64,000 bases of DNA, from positions 204,104,001 through 204,168,000 of the forward strand of contig OX597814.1 of the NCBI GenBank assembly GCA_951406725.2, read 5' to 3'. This document shows positions 52,129 through 64,000 of the stretch, piece by piece. Each line of letters opens with the position of its first letter. The stretch's first letter is position 1. Source of the stretch: Octopus vulgaris. Taxonomy: Eukaryota. The translations under genes and the position numbers were made by a program. A model generated the notes under the pieces. That model was given only the letters and a program-made list of their open reading frames with translations. It did not search any database and had not been told where the DNA came from.

Positions 52129-52639
52129 ATATGAGTGACATATATAAAGTGAAAGCCTAAAGGCAGAAACATAGGAGATGGACATAAGAAGTGTTGGTGG
52201 TCAGCAGTCAGGCCAAGAAAGAAAGATCATGGCTGGCCAGACACTGGTCATGTGGAAGGAGGAGAGATTGGTAGGGGGCAGCAGGATTGAAGGATTAGAA
52301 AAAAATCAGAGACAAAGAGAAAGGTACAGGGGAGATAAATGAGTGGGAAATAGTGGGAGTTAAGAAAGAGAGGGCCAAGAAATGTGAGAGAGGGGGAGCG
52401 AGAAAAAGGAAGAAAAACGAGAAAGGGAATAAAAGATAGAATAAGAGTTGTACAAAATTTAGATACATACCTACTATAAGATGAGCACAAGGGTGTACTA
52501 CGCCGCTATATTTCATTTCATTTTCTCATTTCATCTAGTTTCAGTTCACAAGCAGTGGCCATGCTGGGGCACCGCCATTCGTTGTTGCTACATGATTTTA
52601 CTTCACGAATGCTTTTTAGCAATTGACATTTGGTGCATG

Positions 52640-53005
52640 ATATAAAAATGGAACAAAAACGCAATAGAGGACATTAAAACATTTGGACAGATAGACAATA
52701 CAAAGACAGACAAAAGAAGCAACAATTAGAAGGACAGACAAAATGGAGGGTCATTCGTGGATTTCTTTCCTCAGTCAAGTTCCAGAAGTCACGACCATTT
52801 CGGGCAGATACACTTGAGATAGTTCGATCTGGTTGCCCCCCAAAAGGTCTAAGCTAGGGGCATTAGACCCCTTTGTAAGAAAACTAGTGAATGTGTACGG
52901 CAACAAATACAAAAAACGAACAAAAACAGAGAACATGGTACACAATTACGAATACAAACAAAAAGAAATAACAACAGGTGTCTTTCGACTGAGAATGAAT
53001 CAAAT
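52640..53005. repeat. About 370-bp repeat, copy 2 (direct)
   Basis: See copy 1; both copies are bounded by TA-rich sequence. Confidence 0.85.
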
Positions 53006-53007
53006 TG

Positions 53008-53043
<36 letters not shown>

Positions 53044-53212
53044 TTATATCAAACAGTGGTATTCCCATCCAAAATGGAGACAAGTACCAATATTTCTATT
53101 TGCTATGCTTGAACAATTGTAAAGATAATTTCACATGAAACGATTAGTTGCCTTGTTAACCCACAAATAAAGTGCATGCATGCATGTATGTGTGTGTGTG
53201 TATATATATATA

Positions 53213-54464
53213 TTGGGTCATCCCATAAATAGTGCGGTTTTTTCAAATGCATGAAAAGTCAGAGTAGGACAGGATAAACTACCTGCATCAACTTGCTATT
53301 AAAGCAACTAGTAATTTTACCTTATCCTTATTCTTAGTGCAAGTTTTGATGAGTGCAGTTTGATTTTAACAATTATTTTTTAAAAGCTATAATAGAAGTG
53401 ACAAAAGAGCATATTTGGTATATTTTGCTTTGAGTTCAATAAAGGCAACAACATAATGGAAAGTGCAATGAATATTAATGCAGTATATAGGGATCAAACA
53501 ATAAGTGTAAGCCAGTGTCAACGCTTGCTCCAGAAATTCCAAGCGAGAAACTACAGCCTAGAACATGAGTCTCGTCCTGGAAGATATGTAGAGCTCAGCA
53601 AGGACATCCTGCAAACTCTGGTGGTACAAAATCCCATTGTAACTGTAGAGGAACTAGCAGAGAAGTTTGGATTTGGTCATTCAACCATTCATCGACATCT
53701 GTGTGCCATCAGAAAAGTCAGCAAATTGGGTCAATGGGTTCCTCATAAACTTTCTGAGTCTAATCATGAGCAGAGAGTGAATGTGTGCTTTTCTTTGCTG
53801 TCATGTATCATGAATGAACCTTCTTTGGACCGAATAGTGATGGGAAATGGCTTCTCTATAAAAATGTCAAGTACCAAAGACAGGGGTAGGGGAAAGGAGA
53901 AACACCAGTACCCCAAGCTAAAGAAGGTCTTCACCTACAGAATGTGTTGTTATCTGTTTGGTGAGATATGAAAGGTTTAGTCCACCTTCAACTTTTAAAC
54001 CCTAACCAAATGATAACAAAGGAAATCTACTGTGAGCTGCTTGAGCAACATAAGTCAGTGCTAGAAGAAAAACAACCATCTTTGGGCTTCAAAATGAAAG
54101 GTATTCCATACAGTGAGAATGACATTCGAAAGGATGGAGCAGTTTGAATGGGAAACGATGCCCCACCCACCATATTCACCAAACATTGCCCCATCTGATT
54201 ATCATTTATTCTGCAGTCTTCAAAATCATTTGGATGGAAAAAATATGAATTCTGTAGACAAGCTGAGAACAGTACTGAAGGAGTATTTTTCTTCACAGAT
54301 GAGTGAATTTTGGAAGAAGAGCCTTGCAAGTCTACCAGATAGATGGAAGAGCCTTGTAGGAAATAAAGGAGAGTATATTTTAGATTAAAAATGAACTTTG
54401 TTTCTCTTCATTTTGAAAAATAAAAGAAGTATAAAAGAACCACATTATTTATGGGATTACCCTA
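53213..54464 (+). mobile_element. Defective mariner transposon with both TIRs
   Basis: TA-flanked TIRs TTGGGTCATCCCATAAATAGTGCGGTT / AACCACATTATTTATGGGATTACCCTA; WVPHKL motif (ORF 53456-53971) and YSPNIAPSDYHLF motif (ORF 54113-54388). Confidence 0.95.
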
Positions 54465-54552
54465 TATATATATACACACACACATATACATGTGTGTGTG
54501 TGTGTGCATGTGCGTATGTGAGTGTGTACATACATGCATGTGTGTGTAAAAA

Positions 54553-55996
54553 TGAATCTCTACTAGAAGTAGAGAAGAAATGTCAGGTGTGGAAGCAAGG
54601 CCTAGAATCAAAGGGCCTTAGAGTTAATTTAGCAAAGACCGAAGTACTAGTAAATAGAAAAACATACAAATTACTAATCCTTTCAGAGAGATGACCCTGC
54701 TCAGGATGTAGAAAAAGTGTAGGTAGACATTCTATACAATGTACCCACATAAGAGGTGCAGCAGCAGCACAGGAAGGTTAACAGAGAAAGTAGTCTTTGT
54801 GTGTGACAGATGTGCAGGTACAATAAACACTGCCTGAAATAGATTTCCTCAGATATCCAGGGTGGGGCGGGGCTCCTTAAAAGTAGTTAATAGCTTCTGT
54901 TACTTGGGTGGCCAAGTTAGCAATGGAGAGGAATGCTCAGAAAGAGTATTTGCTAGAATAATAACCATCTTTTCAAAGTACAGACAGTTTTTACCTTTGT
55001 TGGTAACAAGGGACCTCTCCCTCAGAGTGAAAGGCAGATTGTATGATGCCTGTATATGGACAGCTATGATACACAGCAGTGAAATATAGGCTGTGATACA
55101 GAGGGCATACAAAGTTTTGAAAGAAATGGAGTCAACTTATTCCACTGGATGTGCAATGCGTAGCAGCGTAAATATTTCGAGAGAAAACTGGGAATAAGAG
55201 GCATGTTGTAGTGTGTAAGAGATAGGACTGCTCTGGTATGGTCATGTGATGCATATGGATGAGGACAGCTGCTTAAAGAAGTGTTGATCTGTAAATGTGG
55301 AGGGAACCTATGGAAGAGATATGGGACAAAGTGTTGAGAAAGGATCTTCAGACATTGGGCCTCACAGAGATGACAAAAGACTGAGACTTTGTGTCCATGC
55401 TCCCCTCCCACACAATCTGTCCCCCAACAAACTTTCCCTTCAACCCATGTTCCCAACACCCCCCTTCCCCCACTTATGTTCACCATTTACTGCATTCCCA
55501 TCCTTTCTCCCTCACATACCCACCTGCACAAAATATGTCCCCATTGAATCTCTCCCTTACAACATATTCTCCTCTACCTGTGCCCATTCATTTCAATCCA
55601 TCCCTTCCTCTACCATTCTCTGTTTGCAATCTTGTGAACTCACTCACTTTCTCCAATCCCTGGCCCACTCACCCCACCCCAATCCCCTATCATATCTTCA
55701 TCATCTTCTCCCTCTTTCCCCTCTCTCTCCACTCTCACTCCACCTGTTTCCCCTCTAATACATGACTCCTTTTTCTGTCCCTCAATACTACTTGTGTTGC
55801 AAGTTACTAAGGCTGGTGCCATGTAAAAAGGATATATGCAGTACACTGTGTAAAGTGGTTGTTGGCATTAGGAAGGGCATCCAGCCATAGAAACCATCTC
55901 AAAACAAACACCAGTGATTGGTGCAGTCTTCTGATTTGCCAGTTCCTATTCAACTCATTACCAGTATGGAAAATGGATATTAAATGGTGGTGGTGG

Positions 55997-56040
<44 letters not shown>
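54553..56040 (+). mobile_element. 5'-truncated RTE-clade LINE: RT C-terminus, pyrimidine-rich 3' UTR, terminal module and (GAT)n tail
   Basis: WKQGLESKGLRVNLAKTEVL, Cys-rich insert, VVNSFCYLG, LSLRVKGRLYDAC; then GGTGCCATGTAAAAAG, GGAAGGGCATCCAGCCATAGAAAC and (GAT)n. Confidence 0.88.
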
Positions 56041-56470
56041 GCTGGTCTTCCATTAGTTCCAACAATGACAAGTCAACTGAATTACCTGCTCCTGAATTAC
56101 CATATAAGTAGCTGAGTATTCCACACACGTGTATTCATGATATAATTCTCAATATGCCATAGCTGTACCTTTGAATAACAGGTGCAATCCATTTGGCAAA
56201 CTTCTATACAGTTTCTATCAACCCAATTTCTCAGAAAAGACACCTGCTGAAGACGCCATGCAATGAATGAATCCATCATAATGCAGTATATTGGTATCGG
56301 ACAATAAGCATTAGCATTATTTATGGATGACCCCAAAAAATGGATCAGGCCATAGGAATTCATTTTTGCATTCTGATTTTGACAATGATGAAAGTCTGTT
56401 AAAGAAGATTATCAAAATAATGTACTCAAGGATATATAAGTATGTATCTATGTACATATGTATATATGTG

Positions 56471-56537
<67 letters not shown>

Positions 56538-56585
56538 ATATATAAATAGATGTGTGTATTTTTCCCTTACTCTCTTTCTTTTCTC

Positions 56586-56968
56586 TCTTTTACTTGTTTC
56601 AATCATTTGACTGCGGCCATGCTGGAGTACCGCCTTTAGTCGAGCAAATCGACCCCGGGACTTATTCTTTGTAAGCCCAGTACTTATTCATCGGCCTCTT
56701 TTGCTGAACCGCTAAGTAACGGGGACATAAACACACCAGCATCGGTTGTCAAGCAATGCTATGGGGACAAACACAGACACACACATATATATATATACAT
56801 ATATACGACAGGCTTCTTTCAGTTTCCGTCTACCAAATCCACTCACAAGGCATTGGTCGGCCCGGGGCTATAGCAGAAGACACTTGCCCAAGATGCCACG
56901 CAGTGGGACTGAACCTGGAACCATGTGGTTGGTTAGCAAGCTACTTACCACACAGGCACTTCTGCGCC
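56586..56968 (-). mobile_element. Young, CpG-intact SINE family A
   Basis: CATTTGACTGCGGCCATGCTGGAG...CGACAGGCTTCTTTCAGTTTCCGTCTACCAAATCCACTCACAAG...GGGACTGAACCTGGAACCATGTGG. Confidence 0.88.
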
Positions 56969-57121
56969 TTGTTAACAATTAACACAGAAAAATATATAGA
57001 TAGTTACCAGGGTAGCAAAAAATCATACAAGTAAAAAGGTTGTAATTCCTTGTTTTTAAAGGTAGAAACTTCAGGTTTACGTGAAATGGAGTTAAACACA
57101 GGTGTTATTCAAATTCTTTTA

Positions 57122-57208
57122 CTTCCGACACATGTTTCAAAGATATCACTGGTATTATTCCAAAGGAATAAAATGGTGTAAAACAATGTAATCTTCTCTT
57201 CAGGAAAA
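57122..57208 (-). ncRNA. Type I hammerhead motif in left pLTR
   Basis: TTTTC-CTGAAGA-GAAGAT...(long hairpin)...ATCTTT-GAAAC-ATGT-GTC-GGAAG; GUC triplet. Confidence 0.72.
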
Positions 57209-58254
57209 TGAAGAAATGAAACTCGTCAATAAGACATTTTAACAGAAAATGATGGATATGTATAGTGATTAATTGAACGCTATTAAGTTTGTTTAAAAAA
57301 AACGTTATAGGATATAACGTCAAAGGTAGCCTAAAGAAAGAGAAGGGATAAAAGAAAGAAAAACTAAATAAATGAGAAGTATATAACTATATGTATATTA
57401 AATAAAACCATATAGACTTGGAAAAACATATATCTAGTGAATGTGAAATGTAAGAAGAAAATTAATGTTTAAATTATATATAATGATAAATATCACTTAT
57501 ATGCAACTAAAGGTATGTTTCTGCCAATGTTTACATTGGTATGCACACTCTATAACCATGTTTACAAGGGGATTTTTAGAAAAAAATTTTAAATAGTTTA
57601 GAATTACAGAGAATACAGAATTCCTTGCCTTTGTCATAAGGTATCAAGATTGAGAGAATCAACCAATCTAAATTAAATTGTTTATTGTGCTCTTTTAGAA
57701 CCTAAATTAATTTACTAAGCCCTGTACTGTTATATTTATTCCTATCCCCAAATGTAGAGTAATGATTAGAAATTCTTTTAGATAACTGAGAAGGTGTGCT
57801 TCCTAGATAAACAATACTTCGTTACCAATAGTAATTTTACACTGGTATATAGAATTTTTAATTTTAGAATTACTTCACATAAACTTGATTCTGTTGTAAT
57901 TGACTTCAGATACAATAATCTTGATATTAATATTTTTAGGGGCATGGGTAGTATTAGCTAAATTTATGTTAGTATTAGTAAATGCATCAATATTTAACAG
58001 ATTAATATTATGCGAAGAGATAATTTGTATGAGATTTTTTGTGTTGGAAAAACCAATCCTAACCTTGTGTGAGTTGATAATAGAGTAATACCTAGAATTC
58101 TTTGGAAAATTCCTAATAATAGCTTCATGAAACTGCAAAGGAAGATTATATCCTATAATGTTTTTTTGAAACAAACTAAATAGTGTTCAGTTAATCACTA
58201 TACATAGCCATCATTTTCTGTTAAAATGTCGTATTGACGAGTTTCATTTCTCCA

Positions 58255-58341
58255 TTTTCCTGAAGAGAAGATTACATTGTTTTACACCATTTTATTCCTT
58301 TGGAATAATGCCAGTGATATCTTCGAAACATGTGTTGGAAG
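58255..58341 (+). ncRNA. Type I hammerhead motif in right pLTR
   Basis: TTTTC-CTGAAGA-GAAGAT...ATCTTC-GAAAC-ATGT-GTT-GGAAG; perfect 6-bp base of stem II; GUU triplet. Confidence 0.7.
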
Positions 58342-58376
58342 TAAAAGAATTTGAATAACACCTGCATTTAACTCCA

Positions 58377-58652
58377 GCCTCGCCTGGCCCTTGTGCCGGT
58401 GGCACATAAAAAGCACCATCCGTTCGTGGCCGTTTGCCAGCTCTGTCTGGCACCTGTGCGGGTGGCACGTAAAAAGCACCCACTACACTCACGGAGTGGT
58501 TGGCGTTAGGAAGGGCATCCAGCCGTAGAAACACTGCCAGATTTCACTGGGCCTGATGAAGCCTTCTGGCTTCACAGACCCCAGTAGAACCGTCCAACCC
58601 ATGCTAGCATGGAAAACGGACGCTAAACGACGACGATGATGATGATGATGAT
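58377..58652 (+). mobile_element. Young RTE 3' UTR module with (GAC/GAT)n tail
   Basis: GGTGGCAC.TAAAAAGCACC x2, GGTTGGCGTTAGGAAGGGCATCCAGCCGTAGAAAC, CCAACCCATGCTAGCATGGAAAACGGACG; CpGs intact. Confidence 0.8.
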
Positions 58653-59377
58653 TATGATTATCAATTTATTAATAAATTCTTTAACAAATGAAATAAACTT
58701 ACATCCTGTGTCAAATTCTGGACCAAAAAACTGACCCACTATGACTTCTTAGCTTCTCTCCATCACATGTCTATTTCAGACCAATCCTAGCCAATCAATC
58801 ATTTTTGACTTAAATTTGTCGTTGGAGCTTTCTGCTAAAGAATGCAGTTATCATTTGGAGTCAATAAAGAGTGACAATATTATTTCATTTCTTTGTCAAT
58901 CAAAGAGACACTTTCACCTCCTGTTTGCATGTTTGCTTATAACAAACATTTTTATTTTTTCGATAAACCTTTGTTGACATTATGTATATTTTCACTTGCA
59001 TGCTGTTCTTGTCTATCTCGCACTCAGTCAAGTTTGACACCACAAAATACTATGACAGTTGATTCAAATATCAATAAAATCATTGCATTATTTATATATA
59101 TATTTTTTTTTTTTCTTTTACCTTTTCGTTGAAAAATATGAAAATTTCAATGAATTTTCTGGCTTTTGTTGACTTTATATGGCTTCAATCAATTTGTCTT
59201 TTTGAATGGTTTGTTTTTCTATGAAAATGTTTTTCTACAAATATATCTTTCTACAAATATGTCTTTTGGTTTGTCTTTCAATGAATGTGTTTTTAACAAA
59301 TGTGTTTTCATCAACTGTTCCTTAGATTCTTGAATATATGTACCTATGCATGTGTGCGTGTATGTATGAGTATAAAT

Positions 59378-59545
59378 CATCATCATCATCATCGTTTAAC
59401 ATCTGCTTTCCATGCTGTTGTGGGTTGGACGGTTTAATTGAGGACTGGCAGGCTGGGTGGCTGTGCCAGGCTCCAATCTGATCTGGCAAGGTTTCTACAG
59501 CTGGATGCCCTTCCTAACACCAACCACTCTGAGTGCCACTCTGAG
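59378..59545 (-). mobile_element. RTE 3' tail fragment
   Basis: (CAT)n GTTTAACATCTGCTTTCCATGC...GCTGGATGCCCTTCCTAACACCAACCAC. Confidence 0.75.
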
Positions 59546-60542
59546 AGCATATAAATATTTTAAATATATTTATATTTACATTTGATGGATGAGCAGAAAC
59601 AAGGAAAAAGCACAGCAAAAGGAAGGCATTTTAACAAAGGTGTTATAAGTATAAAGCTTGAAAGGAAAGGTTTTTAATATTTTGGATGCTATTCTTTCAT
59701 CAGAAAAAAGAAAAAGGAGGAAATGTGGTTGAAGAAAAACACACACACACAAACACACACACAAACACAACTCTCACACACACACATATACACACATGAG
59801 CAACACAGGTGTTTACAAACATTTATAAATAGTGCATGATAATAATTATTTAGTAACACATCGAATTAAACATTTAAAGCTGACTGGACAGGGATGTTAT
59901 GACTTTTCAAAATAACAGGAATCTGTTGGATAAAAATGATTGACAAGGAGTAAAGAATAATGTAAACATTAAAAATTAGTCAAAGTTGACTTAAAACTGG
60001 ATAACACAATTCAAAGACAAGGACAAATGAGTATCACAAAAACAAGTTAATAAATAAAGTAAATTGTTGAATAAATAAGTTTGCTGTAATGAAGATGGAG
60101 TGCAGAGTCCATGTCAAGTAGAAGGAAAGAATGGAGAAAAGAGAAAAGGATGAAAAAGAAAAGAAAATGTAAGCTAAGTTATCAAACATTTTTAATTACA
60201 AAGACAGTTTGTAATCAAATATGGCTACAGAAACAATATACATATGTATGCATGTATGTATGTATGTATGTACATAGTAAAAGAAGGGAGGTAGGAGTGA
60301 TCAGAAAACCTGCATTAAATAGGTGAATCAACAGAGACCTAAAGGTGTTGTTCTACATGTTTGGTATTAAGGAGACAAAAAAAAAAAAAGACACACAAGC
60401 ATGAAAAAACTCATCAAAATATAAGGATAAAATCTGATTTCAAAATATATAACGATGTAAAATGTATTTGGTGGCATGGAAAAAGTGGGAATGGTAATTT
60501 AAAAAAAGGAATTATGGTATAATAAAATATTACATGTGCATA

Positions 60543-60885
60543 GGCACAGGCATGGCTGTGTGGTAAGAAGTTTGCTGCTCAACCACATGGTTCCAGGTTC
60601 AGTCCCACATTGGGCAAGTGTCTTCTACTTAGCCTGGAGCCGACCAAAGCCTTGTGAGTGAATTTGGTAGATGGAAACTGAAAGAAGCCTGTCATGTATA
60701 TATATTTATATGTGTGTATCTTTGTATCTATATTTGTCCCCCCACCACCACCATCACTTGACAACCGATGTTGGTGTGTTTATGTCCCCAAAACTTAGCA
60801 GTTCAGCAAAAGAGACCGATAAAATAAATACTAGGCTTACAAAGATTAAATTCTGGGGTTGATTCCTTCAACTAAAGGCAGTGCT
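60543..60885 (+). mobile_element. SINE family A
   Basis: GGCACAGGCATGGCTGTGTGGTAAGAAG...GGTTCAGTCCCAC...GGAAACTGAAAGAAGCCTGTC. Confidence 0.85.
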
Positions 60886-62014
60886 CTTAATCTTTTTGAT
60901 GTGACCCTACTCTATACTTTTTTCTCCCCCATCAGTTTTTCTAATTCCTTTTTCTCCCCTTCATTGTTTTCTATCTGTCTCTCTCTCTTCCCCTCTTTCT
61001 CTTTTGCTCTCTCTCGTTGCTCACACTTGAGCATCGTCCATCTTTCTTTTCCTTCAGGACTGAAATATTCTATCTCTCTCTTCTATCTTTTCTTTTTTCT
61101 AAGAAAATAAGAAAATATTTTTCCAGCATTTGCTATTTTACCTTCGTTCTGGTCCAACGACCCTCCATGTTTGTTTTCATTCGGTTTCTTTGTATGTCTC
61201 CACTGTCCTGTTTTTGTTCCCAACTTTGACCCTCCATAAATCCAAAATTTTATTTTGGTACTTATGGGAGCAACTGTCTTCAAAGACTTATATTGTCATT
61301 CAATGCTCGAAATAAGGAGTAGATAGACAACCAACAACTGATGAATGGTTGTTCTTTGTGTTATTTGTCCTGTTTTCCATTTGTTTCTCTCGTCGTTTGC
61401 ATATTGAACTCATTTATTTTCCTATTTCACGTTGTTTACTGTTGGTGACTTCTTGTACCCATATATGCATGCGTGTGTGTGTGTTTGTATGTATTACTTA
61501 TATTATTATACCTATAACACAGTTGAGAAAAAACATCAAAAAGGGCAAAAGGGAAAAACAAAAATCTTTTATAAAACCATGTAATGATTAAACATGATGG
61601 ACAGAAGGAATCAATACAAATTCAAACAAATAAAATGTGCAAAAACACATCCAAAATATTTTAACTAACGAATAAAATTATATGGGGATAGTCACAAATA
61701 GTTATATATATGTATTATTCAGTGCCAAAGGGTTTGAAATAACTCTGTGTGTGTGTGTGTGTGTAAATAAATTTGCAGTACAAGCTGTGGATTTAGAGAA
61801 TCATGTGACTATCGCAGAAAGCTCCTCTTATGGACTCAGCTAACAGTCTACATAGTAATACAATATAGAAAAGTGTAATGTAGGGTGTGCAGAAGCACTG
61901 ATCGATTAAATTATTTCATGAGGAGTATATAAACCATAAGATGTCAGAAGGTATGAAAGGTGAATATATTTATTTAAACTTGGTATCCTTAGTGTTACAG
62001 CCATTTCATAGCCT

Positions 62015-63345
62015 TCATCATCATTTAATGTCTTCTTTCCATGCTGGTTGGGCGGTTTGACAGGAGCTGACTAGGCAGGAGCCTGCACCATGTCTGATCT
62101 GGCAAGAGTCTGTTTTGGCATGGTTTTTACAGCTGGATGCCCTTCCTAACACCAACCGCTTCACAGAGTGGGCTGGGTGCTTTTTAAGTAACACCTGCAC
62201 TGGTAAGGTTATCAAGTGACTTTTGAAGACAAAGAGTCTTTCAGAGGGGGGAGTACTGGAGGAGTTGATCTTGTGTCAGATGATGACAGAGAGGAAGAGA
62301 CAGAGGACTTGTATTAGAGGAGGCCCATGGTTACCCAGCCAGAGAAAGGGGGAGAGAGAGAGAGAGAGGAAGAAAAGAGAGGGAGAAAAAGAGAGCAAAA
62401 GTTAACAAGAATGAGAGCAGAAGCAGTTACCTAGAGAGAAAGCAGGAATTAACAAGGTGTGCTGTTGTAAAGGAGATACATGGTTACCTAGCCAGAGGTA
62501 AGAGCAAGAGAAAGAAGGAGAGACAGTAACCAAGAATGAAGGCAGAAATGGGGTTTGTTGCTGTAGAGGAGATACATGATTACTCAGCCGGAGGGGAGAA
62601 CAGGGGAAAGAAAGAGAGAGAGAGTAGAAGACAGCAAGAATAGGAGAGGGATGGCAGCAAGCCCCAGGATATACTTGCAAGGAACGTGGATCAGGGCATA
62701 GATGGGATGGTAGAGTAAGGAAGAGGGAGATGAATTGTGGCAGGTACTGATGGGGTATCGTCAAGGGGTCACGTGTTGAGATTGGAGGTAGGGGAATACA
62801 GTGACTGGTGAGAATCTGGGTGTAGAGAGGGAGGGGGATGGGAGAAGCAACAATACAGAGAACAGGATAGCAAGGACTAGACTGGGGAGTAGGAGATAAT
62901 AATAGTGTATGAAGAGAAAATATGAGGAAGAGAAGAGAAACACTTTGGGAAGGGAAGTGGAGTGGGATGTTGTTTAGTTTGTTGGGGTAGGGTGTGTAAA
63001 AAGTTACATGTGAGTGGAACACACAGTATTTCTAGAACTCAGTTTCACTGACATGGGTGGGTCTTCACAAGAACTTCATATTGTCAGACATCTCAGTTTA
63101 TTGTCATTTCCTCCATGAGGCCCAACATCCTGAGATTGAACCTTACTACTTCATACCATGTCTTCCTGGGTCTCCCTCTTCTGCAAGTATCCTCCACTTT
63201 CAGTGATCAGCACTTTTTTATAAAGCTATCTTCATTCATACATATCAAATGTCCAAACCAGCATAGTATTCTCTCTTACATGCTGCATTTGATTCCTCTT
63301 ATGCCCAACTTTTCTCTGAATACATTTGCGTTTTGTCATCGTTTC
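62015..63345 (-). mobile_element. 5'-truncated RTE LINE (ORF end, 3' UTR, tail)
   Basis: 63060-63345 is the reverse of the RTE ORF end (GGGTCTCCCTCTTC reads GRPRKTW on minus); purine-rich spacer on plus; module GCTGGATGCCCTTCC and (CAT)n at 62015. Confidence 0.75.
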
Positions 63346-64000
63346 CAATTGTTCTTTACATAAATGAAGAACTGGACAAACACCTCATTCTCCACCCATT
63401 CATGTGAGAGTCTTCCATCAACTCCTGGTACTTAGCTCTCTTCCTCTGTTGCACCTTCTCCCTTCTCTCTCCCCAAGTCACAGTTAACTTCAATGGGAGT
63501 TAATTCTATGAATTGCCAAGTATACACAAAATAAATTGATTAAAGAGAAACTGAGGACTAGCTGTGTGAGTATATGTTCATCAAATGATTTAAATTGAGA
63601 TCCTCTGTAGCAGGTCTTAACATGTGAGATACATCATTTAAGTAACTTCCCAAGACATCTTGATCAAATCTTTCCTAAAATATATACAGAATGTTTGAAA
63701 GACAACCTTTGTATGCTCACCATTTCTAAATACAACGAATGGAGTTATCTATATTGATTTGTTTGTGTTGTGAAGATTTCACACAATTATGCAATATCTG
63801 CTATTGAATAGTAGATAAATTTATTAATTTATGAACACTAGACCATATTGATAAGAAATTTATTAGAGATGGACTTCAATTTATTTGTGGAACATAAAAG
63901 TGAAACAGCTTGCTGGCAAAAGTCAAGCACAGCCGTAGAAACCTAAGTTAAACCAACTTATGTTAACCTATTTTGGGGGTATCATGAATTTTTTAAAAAT

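Larger units (their letters stand above)
57087..58376 (-). mobile_element. Penelope-like element relic: GIY-YIG 3' fragment between inverted pLTRs of about 231 bp
   Basis: Arms 57087-57317 and 58146-58376 are inverted copies. Minus-strand protein FPKNSRYYSIINSHKVRIGFSNTKNLIQIISSHN, then YLGSTPSQLSKRISNHYSTF...STGLSKLI...LDWLIL...CILCN. Confidence 0.9.

Noticed and set aside
51948-52160. Paralogous small ORFs MPPKKSKL/MPPKRSKL (also 52833-53138)
   Set aside because: They start at TTG inside a duplicated non-coding repeat; no known domain.
52760-52840. Possible permuted hammerhead on minus (GCCC-GAAA...CTGAGGA) in the 370-bp repeats
   Set aside because: Stems I and II cannot be paired consistently around the core strings.
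58554-58580. CTGATGA-AGCC-TTCT-GGCT as a hammerhead
   Set aside because: The stem is followed by TCAC, not GAAA, and the related copy near 55915-55930 lacks CTGATGA.
62402-63022. 206-aa ORF (and 55297-55765 ORFs)
   Set aside because: Low-complexity RTE 3' UTR spacer that lacks stops because of base skew.

Overview
AT-rich, repeat-dense eukaryotic DNA. The SINE and LINE-tail families and the (CAT)n/(CA)n/(TA)n tracts suggest a cephalopod, probably Octopus (inference from recalled repeat families, not a database result). Only one host coding exon is recognisable: the first coding exon of an alpha-catulin-like gene on the minus strand (46601-46506, MAGLAQPKSESKLPLEIRTKSVEHTLVPLVAQ, then GTAAGT). 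Everything to its left therefore appears to be a first intron of more than 46 kb. The rest is layered transposon debris: four mariner relics (one a foldback), a deleted piggyBac and its TTAA MITEs, Tc1 and hAT MITEs, a Helitron, RTE and CR1-like LINE fragments, three tRNA-derived SINE families and Penelope-like (GIY-YIG) relics. The most interesting signal is a set of minimal type I hammerhead ribozyme motifs (CTGANGA...GAAA) in Penelope-like terminal repeats. One lies in a short non-coding element at 10248-10598 that joins a tRNA/Pol III head to a hammerhead tail in a head-to-head arrangement with a 13-bp TSD, a candidate ribozyme-bearing SINE/retrozyme. Most ORFs in the supplied track are spurious (microsatellite or repeat-derived). 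Ends of old repeats are approximate.
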